The position numbers and the translations under genes were made by a program. Below, piece by piece: positions 54,491 to 64,000 of a stretch of DNA of 64,000 nucleotides (its first letter is position 1; each line of letters begins with the position of its first letter). The notes under the pieces are model-generated. The model did not search any database, was not told where the DNA came from, and was given only the letters and a program-made list of their open reading frames with translations. Source of the DNA: Eledone cirrhosa. Taxonomy: Eukaryota. The stretch spans positions 36,704,001 through 36,768,000 of the forward strand of contig OZ024745.1 in the NCBI GenBank assembly GCA_964016885.1, read 5' to 3'.

Positions 54491-54979
54491 ATATATACAT
54501 ACATATCCATACATACATACACATACATATACATACATATTACAAACACATACATACAAATACAAACACACACATATGTATGTGTGTAAAACTCATTCTT
54601 AGATATATTCATATGAACCTTGTTTAACTCTAAAATATATATATATATATATATATACATACACATATATACATTTACATATATATATATACCTACACAC
54701 ACATATACATACACATACGTATACATACATACATACACACACACACATATAATTATATATATATATAAGAAAGAACATAAATATTATATTAAAAAAACCT
54801 AAATATTGTATATATAAAAATAAAAATAAAAAGTTGGGAATACGACAAAAAATATATTTAGAAAAGGGTATAAATGTTTATAGCAGATTTAGAGCACTCA
54901 ACAAGCTCCTGGAGCGAATATTCAATGAAAATAAGTATTAAATCACTGTATGTAATTATGCATATACATACACACATAC

Positions 54980-55046
<67 letters not shown>

Positions 55047-55276
55047 CACAAATACAACCACAGAAATATACACACACATACATATACGTATATATATACA
55101 CACACACATAGGAAAAAGTCTGACCCCAGAGATCAAGCCGTTTCTGAGGCTATTATATATATACACACAAAACCATTATATAAAAAAATACATATACACG
55201 CACAAATATACACACGCCCACACACACACATTAAATCTCTATATACACACATACATACACACATATATACATTTTA

Positions 55277-55321
<45 letters not shown>

Positions 55322-55350
55322 AACAAAAGATGGTTAAAAGAGTTCCATGT

Positions 55351-55418
55351 ATTTTATTATGCGCATTTAAAAACAAATATCATCATGCAATAATATTTGT
55401 GTTTTCATCAGATAAAAC
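55351..55418 (-). ncRNA. Mirror hammerhead copy lacking the G of GAAA (probably inactive)
   Basis: Identical to 55758-55826 except for a 1-nt deletion. Confidence 0.6.
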
Positions 55419-55757
55419 AGGAAGACATGATATGAAGGTTAAAAGACACTTGTGGATAGTTCAGTTTTAAATCAACATATGAGAAGTAGTTTTAGATTGA
55501 TGTGTGATATTGGGAAAAATATTTAATTTAGAGGGGGGGGTGGAAAGGATGAAAAAGAGGAGGAGATGAGAGTAAAAAGTGGATAGGGAGGAGTATAATG
55601 AGGAAGGATGAGATAGGAGGAGAGATGGGTGATAGAGAGAGAGATAGTTTTTATAACTGAGAAAGATATATTGTTTTACATAGAGAAGTTGAAAACCGTT
55701 GGAAGATAATGTATAACTATCCACAAGTGTCTTTTAACCTTCATATCATGTCTTCCT

Positions 55758-55826
55758 GTTTTATCTGATGAAAACACAAATATTATTGCATGATGATATT
55801 TGTTTTTGAAATGCGCATAATAAAAT
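55758..55826 (+). ncRNA. Type I hammerhead ribozyme (intact core)
   Basis: TTTTAT-CTGATGA-AAACACAAATATTAT-tgcatg-ATGATATTTGTTTTT-GAAA-TGCGCA-TA-ATAAAA. Palindromic stem III ATGCGCAT. Confidence 0.85.
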
Positions 55827-55953
55827 ACATGGAACTCTTTTAACCATCTTTTGTTCTTATATATTATGTATACTCCAGTCCTACAAACTGTAGAGTGCTT
55901 CTTATCCGATATCTGCATTGCTTTATTGTACTACAATAAAACTCACCTCCTAC

Positions 55954-56043
<90 letters not shown>

Positions 56044-56162
56044 CACACACGCACAAATACAACAGAAGTATATAATATACAATTATATATACATATACAT
56101 TTACATACAGATAAATATAAACATACATACACACACATATACATACACATATATATATATTT

Positions 56163-56241
<79 letters not shown>

Positions 56242-56727
56242 TACATACATATACGCAACACACAGGCACACACACAAAAATAAATATCTAAAAATAAAAA
56301 AATTTGGTATGTGAAGGGTAAGGCAGAAAGTAGTGGAAAAAGGGGAAAAAATAAATGACATAGGAAAAGGTTTAAATATAAGGGGAGATAAAGGAGAAAG
56401 AGAATACGAGAGTACAGAACGTGGATTCAGCAGGTAAAAAAACCGTAGTACAAGTAAAAGGCTGAGGAAGGAGTTCAAGGTGGTTGAGTTATCGTAGGAA
56501 TAATCAACGACCTTGAAATCCTTCTCTGCCTTTTACTTCTACTACGGTTTTATATATATATATATGTATATATATATGTATGTATATGTGTGTGTAAATA
56601 TATATATGTGTATGTATATGTGTGTGTATGTATGTTTACATTTATCTGTATGTATATGTATATGTATATATAATTGTATATTATATACTTCTGTTGTATT
56701 TGTGCGTGTGAGTATAAATATATATGA

Positions 56728-56811
<84 letters not shown>

Positions 56812-57340
56812 GTGTGTGTGTATATATAGATTTAATGTGTGTGTGGGCGTGTGTATATTTGTGCGTGTATATGTATTTTTTTATATAATGGTTTTGTGTG
56901 TATATATATAATAGCCTCAGAAACGGCTTGATCTCTGCCGTGGGGTCAGACTTTTTCCTATGTGTGTGTATATATATATACGTATATGTATGTGTGTGTG
57001 TGTATTTCTGTGGTTGTGTTTGTGTGTATGTATATATATGTATATATATGTATATATATATATTTACATACAGTGATTTAATGCTTATTTTCATTGATCA
57101 TTCGCTCCAGGAGCTTGTCGAGTACTCTAAATCTGCTATAAACATTTATACCCTTTTCTAAATATATTTTTTTATATATTATTTGTCGTATTCCCAACTT
57201 TTTATTTTTATTTTTATTTTTATATATACAATATTTAGGTTTTTTTTATATAATATTTATGTTCTTTCTTATATATATATATAATTATATGTGTGTGTGT
57301 ATGTATATATGTATACGTATGTGTATGTATATGTGTGTGT

Positions 57341-57403
<63 letters not shown>

Positions 57404-57608
57404 AATGTATATATGTGTATATATATATATATATTATATAGTAATAACTAATTAAATATATATATATATTTTAGAGTTAAACAAGGTTCATATGTATATA
57501 TCTAAGAATGAGTTTTACACACATACATGTGTGTGTTTGTATTTGTATGTATGTGTTTGTGATATGCATGTATATGCATGTGTATGTATGAATGGATATG
57601 TATGTATG

Positions 57609-57661
<53 letters not shown>

Positions 57662-58485
57662 TACGTGTGTGTATATATTTGTGCCTGCGTATGTATGCGT
57701 GTATATATGTGTGTATGTATGTGTATGTATGTACGTGTGTATATACGTATGATTGTGTGTATGTATGTATGTGTATGTATATATGTATGTATATGTATGT
57801 GTATATATATATATATATGTATGTGTATATATATGTATGTGTGTGTATGTATGTATATATATGTTTATGTATATATATGCATGTATATGTGTGTGTGGGT
57901 ATGCACGTTTGTGTATTTGTATGTATGTGTATGTATGGATATGTTGATATTTATGTGTGTCTGTATGTATGTGTATATGTATGTGTATGTATATATATAC
58001 ACATATATATGTGTGTGTGTGTATATGTGTGTGTATGTATGTGTGTGTGTATATATATATGTGTATGTATATAATTGTGTGTGTGTTGGTGTGTGTTTGC
58101 ATGTGTGTTTTTATTTTTCCTTTTCTTCTTCCTTTTCCAGCCTCACTTTCATATAGATTATATTTTTGTTTTTAAAATCCAACGCCAATAAATACACCAG
58201 GATTTTTTGATTCTGATGATTGAAAGCAAAAAAATGTGTTTGCTTTTAAGAAACCACTGGTAAATGAAATGATTGCCTTATGTTGTTTATTACATAACTA
58301 TTAAGCTCTGTTACCTACATAGAGCACTCTTTTTTCCTGGACTTTTCCGACGGAAATAGTTAATTCACACACACACATATATATATATATATAACAAAGG
58401 ATATGTGGTAAGGAACCAGATGGAACATAACGCACCAGAGTACTCAATACTTAGGGTACTAGAGTGGGAAATAGGAAAAAGTATG

Positions 58486-58582
58486 ACCCCGACGGCAGAG
58501 CTCAAGCCGTTTCGACAGCTATTTCTGTACTAAATTAGAATTTTTAGCCTGGTGAATAAATATCCGCACTTGTCAAGGGAGT
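58486..58582 (-). ncRNA. Type I hammerhead ribozyme with U3-A8 variant core in the PLE terminal repeat
   Basis: Minus strand: ACTCCc-TTGACAA-G(t)GCGGaTATTT...AAATAgCTGTC-GAAA-CGGC-ttgagctct-GCCG-TC-GGGGT. GUC cleavage triplet. Confidence 0.7.
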
Positions 58583-59344
58583 ACTTCCTTATATGGGAAG
58601 ATTGTAGTTGTCAAGAGGATTGGTTAAAATTTGTTGTAAACACAAATAAGTCTATCATGGCATTTGGTGGGAGGTAGGGGTGGCTGAACTTGCCTGTAGA
58701 ACAATAGGGGGTGGATGGAGCGGTCAGGCGTTGAAAGTGATATGTATACAGCAGAATCTAAGGATAGTGTATGAAGTGGAGGAGGGAGGTTATAGAATAG
58801 GTAAATCGAATGAGAGTAGGAGACAATAAAAGATACTAGAAATAAATAAAAAATATATAAAATTAGATAGTGAGAAATGAATAAAAAAATCACAATGCTA
58901 TCTTACAATTACAGGTTAATAAGTTGAGAATAGGAAAAACTTGTAGAAATTACAAAACTGATACAAAATTAAAGGGGTTTAACTCATCTGCTATAAGTAG
59001 TTAGTAAAATTCTATCTTAAAATTACAGAAGTAGGGGAACTGATGCTACAGAGGCCCGTTGGGCTGTATCGAGGTAGGCGAAAGGGGAAAAGCAGACGAG
59101 GAAGAAAATAGGGGGTGGAAGGAAGTGATAGGATGAGACAGGAGGAAGAAGAAGACAAAGAGGAAAAGAGAAGAGATACAACTACCTATGTAAGCTGGGG
59201 TTTCCCCTAACTTATTCGGCATGTGTGTGTGTGTGTGTGGAGGGGGTGGGGGTATCAGCCCTTGTCTACCCACCCGGGTCGTTATGGGGTTTGAGGGCGA
59301 GGTAAGTCCTACGCAATCTGTGTTTGCATGCGGTTACCAGTTCG

Positions 59345-60230
59345 TCTTTCTTGTTTAGGAGTTGGTCCTTCGAAAACAGCATTTGTAATGTTTCCTCCGA
59401 GCATAAGTTACACGGACAGCGTCCTCCCGTGTAAGTGTTAGCTCTGGACAGTAAGCTCCAAGTGAGATTGTAGTTTATATCATTATCTTGGAGGTCCCAG
59501 ATGTGGCGCGAAAGTGTAGTGGCATGTCGCCGGACCGGGTTTCAGAAAGTATGACGGTGTTGGTAGAGCCGGCTCTTGAAGTCACACGCGGTTAATCCTA
59601 TATAAGCTTTATTGGGGGTGTCCGTCCTCGCGTTGTACTGGTAGATCACGTTACGTTCTCTGCATTTGTTGTTGAGGGGGCACGTAGATCTATCAGGGCA
59701 GTTTCACCTCCTGGTGGGCTTTCCACTGATGTCTATGTTATTTCTTCCATAGGGGTTGAGTTTTTTGTTGTTTGAGGAGACGATGTTTTGTGCGATGTTA
59801 GGTGTGGTGCTGTAGGACAGTTTGATGGTGTTTTTGTTGATTATGTTGTGGTAGCGGTGTTGTAGTGGGAAGTGTTTTTCGAGGAGTCTAAAGAAGATTT
59901 TCCCGATAGGTGTTGCCACCTCGGCATTATGGGGAGGATTGAACCACCTTATGTTGCGTGAGCGACGGTGTCGCCTGCTGTTTCCGCTAAGGGAAGCTGG
60001 ATAAAAGGATATTTCCTCCCGGAAGCCACTCCGCTTGAGGGCCTGGTTGTAATAAGGCGCATGTTCATCGAATATCTGCTCATTACCGGACAAACGAGAT
60101 ATGCGGAGGGAGATGTTTTTAACCAGGTTATTAGTGATGTTTCTAGGATGGTTAGAGCGGCGGTGGATGTAGTGCAGATTGTCGTTTGGTTTCCTGTATG
60201 GGCAGTACAGATCATTTTCGAGGTTAATGG
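59345..60230 (-). pseudogene. PLE RT C-terminus, Cys motif and GIY-YIG endonuclease (disrupted)
   Basis: YRKPNDNLHYIHRRSNHP, YNQALKRSGF, RNIRWFNPP, KLSYSTTPN, CNC..CPL..KC, VIYQ..AYIGLT. In-frame stop at 59704. Confidence 0.88.
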
Positions 60231-60630
60231 TAGACTCCTCGAAAAACACTTCCCACTACAACACCGCTACCACAACATAATCAACAAAAACACCATCAAA
60301 CTCTCATACAGCACCACACCTAACTTCGCACTAAACATCGTCTCCTCAAATAACAAAAAACTCAACCCCTATGGAAGAAATAACATAGACATCAGTGGAG
60401 AGCCCACCAGGAGGTGTAACTGCCCTGATAGATCTACGTGCCCCCTCAACAACAAATGCGGACAACGTAACGTGATCTACCAGTGCAACGTGAGGACTGA
60501 CACCTCCAACAAAGCTTATATAGGATTAACCGCGTGTGATTTCAAGACTCTTACACGGGAGGATGCTGTCCGTGTAACTTATGCTCGGAGGAAACATTAC
60601 AAATGCTGTTTTCGAAGGACCAACTCCTAA
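60231..60630 (+). pseudogene. Inverted duplicate of the PLE GIY-YIG region with an internal deletion
   Basis: RLLEKHFPLQHRY...CNCPDRSTCPLNNKCGQRNVIYQC...AYIGLTACDFK, then ~130 bp missing relative to the left arm. Confidence 0.85.
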
Positions 60631-61417
60631 ACAAGAAAGACGAACTGGTAACCGCATGCAAACACAGATTGCGTAGGACTTACCTCGCCCTCAAACCCCA
60701 TAACGACCCGGGTGGGTAGACAAGGGCTGATACCCCCCCCCCCTCCACACACACACACACACATGCCGAATAAGTTAGGGGAAACCCCAGCTTACATAGG
60801 TAGTTGTATCTCTTCTCTTTTCCTCTTTGTCTTCTTCTTCCCCCTGTCTCATCCTATCACTTCCTTCCACCCCCTATTTTCTTCCTCGTCTGCTTTTCCT
60901 CTTTCGCCTACCCCGATGCAGCCCATCGGGCCTCTGTAGCATCAGTTCCCCCACCCCTGTAATTTTAAGATAGAATTGGCCTAATACGTTTTACTAACTA
61001 CTTATAGCAGATGAGTTAAACCCCTTTAATTTTGTATCAGTTTTGTAATTTCTACAAGTTTTTCCTATTCTCAATTTATTAACCTGTAATTGTAAGATAG
61101 CATTGTGATTTTTTTATTCATTTCTCACTATCTAATTTTATATATTTTTTATTTATTTCTAGTATCTTTTATTGTCTCCTACTCTCATTCGATTTACCTA
61201 TTATATAACCTCCCTCCTCCATTTCATACACTATCCTTAGATTCTGCTGTATACATATCACTTTCAACGCCTGACCGCTCCACTCACTCCCCCTATTGTT
61301 CTACAGGCAAGTTCAGCCTACCCTACCTCCCACCAAATGCCATGATAGACTTATTTGTGTTTACAACAAATTTTAACCAATCCTCTTGACAACTACAATC
61401 TTCCCATATAAGGAAGT

Positions 61418-61514
61418 ACTCCCGTGACAAGTTCGGCTATTTATTCACCAGGCTAAAAATTCTAATTTAGTCCAGAAATAGCCGTCGTAACGGCTTGAGC
61501 TCTGCCGTCGGGGT
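61418..61514 (+). ncRNA. Mirror hammerhead with two core mutations (GTGACAA, GTAA)
   Basis: Same fold; stem II CGGCTATTT/AAATAGCCG is perfect. Confidence 0.55.
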
Positions 61515-61584
61515 CATACTTTTTCATATATATATATATATATATATATGTGTTTGTGTCTGTGTATGTATGTATGTATGTATG

Positions 61585-63231
61585 TTCTTCTGGTTTTATA
61601 ATTTCACAAAGTTTTACCAATAGAGAGAGAGTCGGTTTCTAACATAACACAAGACTCTCATTGGAATTTACACAACATCAACTAGGTAAATATGTATGTA
61701 TGCATGCATGTGTAGATATGGATGTTATTGTATGTGTGAATGTTTTGAGTTGTATGTGTGCATGTGTATATGCTTTGTATCTGTACATGTGTATATGAAG
61801 TTAATAGATGCAAAATTTTTGGAATGTTTTACATATTTTTACTGTTCAATTAATGGATTGTACTTGTAGTTTCCTAACTAGTTGTGTTCTTTCTGTTCCT
61901 GTGAAGCCTAGCTTCTCAAGATTTGTATTGAGGCAGTTACTAACATATCCCAGTGCCCCAATAATCACAGGCATAAATCTGAAGGTATAAGTAGGGTGGA
62001 GTATTTGCAGATTTCTCATCAGTTCTGCATAAATATTCTCCTTTTCACTAATCTTTGATATTATATTGGCATCTGCTGGACAGCTAATTTCCACTACTGT
62101 GCATGTTTTCTTCTCTCTGTCTCATATCATAATATCTGGTTTGTTATGCCTGCATTTTATTGGGGTTTTTACTGGAACATTCCACCAGTACTCTTTCATA
62201 TTATGTACATGGATGTCTTCCACATTGTTGTAGCTTTTAATGTGTTTATTATCGGGGCTATCTTTTTTACGGACTGCATTGTACAGTGTTTTGGCCACTA
62301 TATCATGCCTCATAGGTAGATAGTACCGCGATGACATCTTTGGACAGCTGCTGATGACATGGGTGATATCGTCGATGTTAGTTCTGCAGAGTCAGCACTT
62401 GGTATCATATCTAGGTGTTTTGCTTGCATCCCTATCTCTTTTGTGAATCAGGTATTTCGTGCTAATCTCCCGTTCTTGGATTGGAAAAGCGTATCCTTCA
62501 AAGTGGGAGCCAATATAGCGGTTGTTGGTCCAAGATGGACTACTTTCCTTATCTATATTACTCTCACTCTGGAGTTTCCTGGCAACATATCCATGCATGA
62601 TTTTTGCTGATAGGCATGCAGTTTTTCATTCATGGATTCACTGCGATACTGCTGAGCGACATCTCTGGGTGTGAGTTTTTGATTATCACACAGGGAATAT
62701 CTCTCAAGGGGTTCCTTCCCAACTCTTATGATCTTATCTTGCTCGAGAAGCGGGCTCCTACGCTTCGACGTTCGTATATGTTGTCGGAGAGATATGATGC
62801 GACATTCAAATGTTGTCTGGACTGATGTTAGGCCTCTGCCTCCTTGCTTACGTTTCAAGTAAAGGCGGTCTATGTCACTGTTGATGTGGAAGTTTCCGGT
62901 GTTGTTCAGTATTTTTTCGAGTTCCAACATCAACTGCTCGGATTTCGTCTATCGTCCAATTGAGTATTCCAAACGTTGGTGTTAAGACAGGCACAGCAAA
63001 CACATTGTGAGCCACTGTTTTGTTTTGCGCGGAGAGTTCCGATGACCAGATCTTTCTTAATCGGGTGTAGTATTCCCTGGTTACGCGTTCTTTATTACAG
63101 ATACCATTATAGGATATGTTCTCATCTATCCCCAGGTATCTGTAGTAGTCCTCATCAGATATCGGTGAAACAGTTAGACCATTGATGACAATGTTGCTAG
63201 ATTGGGTTGTTGTTTTTCCCCGCTTTACAGT
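61585..63231 (-). mobile_element. R4/Dong-like non-LTR retrotransposon 3' part (RT end, CCHC knuckle, restriction-like endonuclease), frameshifted
   Basis: YRYLGIDEN, AVPVLTPTFG, DRLYLKRKQGGRGL, C..C....HVISSCPKM..RHDIVAK, HNKPDIMI, EISCPAD, PVIIGALG. Flanked by (TATG)n. Confidence 0.85.
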
Positions 63232-63494
63232 TATGTATGTATGTATGTATGTCATCCATAAACAGTTTTGTTAAAGTTTAGTGAAGAAACCGAATATTAC
63301 TTATTCCGTCCGTAAAACAATGTGTTACATATTAGCATACCATAAGAGGCTTGATGAACAAGGTTTGAATAGAAGTCAAATAATATAAGATCAACAATCA
63401 GAATTAGTTTTCCCAAAACCTGGTGGTGCCCATCCTCTCCGGGTCAAAACGCAACCGCTTTCTTCTTCTTCTTCTTCTTCTTCTTCTTCTTCTT

Positions 63495-63612
63495 TATTTA
63501 TCGACATCGAAATGATGAATAGCAAGGTTGAATTCGGCAGGATTTGAACTCAGAACGCAGCGAGCCAGAACAAATACATATATATCTTTAATACTCTGTC
63601 AATTCGCCACCT
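63495..63612 (-). mobile_element. tRNA-derived SINE fragment (similar fragment at 1-118)
   Basis: TTATCGAC..GAAATGATGAA..GCAAGGTTGA..TCGGCAGGATTTGAACTCAGAAC. Confidence 0.65.
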
Positions 63613-64000
63613 TATGTCAAATAAGTGCTTCCTAAAATGAACCCAGATTTGCAGTTAATCAGTATTCATATAAAATAATTCCACAAAGTTACACGGCTTT
63701 ACAGAAACACCATTATCAACAACAATAACAAGAAGATGGGCAGCAACGATAACGAAATATCTGTCTTCCTAACGCTACAGATCCCTACAGAATACATTTT
63801 AATATAAAAACTTCATATACAACAATAAAACCTGTAAATGTGATACAAAAGAATAAAATTCTACAAGATAACACCTTTATGTAACTAAAAGATTTTATCA
63901 TCATGCACGACATTCACGCAGCAATAATTCAGAAAACATTTTTACGACATCAACATAAAATACTGTACACACGTAATCACCTTCAGATCATAGTTAACAG

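Larger units (their letters stand above)
55318..55865. mobile_element. Inverted-repeat mini-element (arms ~140 bp) with hammerheads in the arms
   Basis: 55318-55460 is the reverse complement of 55716-55865. Purine-rich spacer; (TA)n flank. Confidence 0.8.
51675..58300. repeat. ~6.6-kb interrupted palindrome centred at ~56495
   Basis: Inverted pairs: 51675-52160 with 57670-58300, 54490-55260 with 56810-57610, 56040-56170 with 56590-56710. Central hairpin at 56439-56550. Confidence 0.85.
58393..61525. mobile_element. Penelope-like retroelement (Neptune-type), 5'-truncated with an inverted duplicated 3' arm
   Basis: 58475-59890 is the reverse complement of 60231-61525; unique spacer 59891-60230. 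Encodes the RT thumb and GIY-YIG domain. Both ends abut (TA)n. Confidence 0.92.

Overview
Eukaryotic, very AT-rich, microsatellite-saturated genomic DNA. The SINE, RTE, Penelope and R4/Dong content looks like an octopus or other coleoid cephalopod genome (inference). Only one convincing host gene is visible: a single-coding-exon isochorismatase/cysteine-hydrolase-family ORF (35871-36539, minus) with an unusual CxxC...CxxC insert. The rest is mobile DNA: a full-length Tigger/pogo element, a young 5'-truncated RTE LINE with an open 2.2-kb ORF, older RTE pieces, a mariner fragment, hAT and pogo MITEs, two Helitrons, an R4/Dong-like element, many SINEs and an inverted Penelope-like (GIY-YIG) element. 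The main unannotated signal is a set of type I hammerhead ribozymes from at least five unrelated sequence families, read by hand. They sit in outward-facing inverted-repeat elements (9.3-9.7 kb, 55.3-55.9 kb, 58.4-61.5 kb) or in a 484-bp terminally redundant monomer (29.7-30.2 kb), usually next to (TA)n. One carries the U3-A8 covariant core. A ~6.6-kb nested palindrome and perfect (TA)n-centred hairpins are also present. Coordinates were counted by hand and may be off by a few bases.
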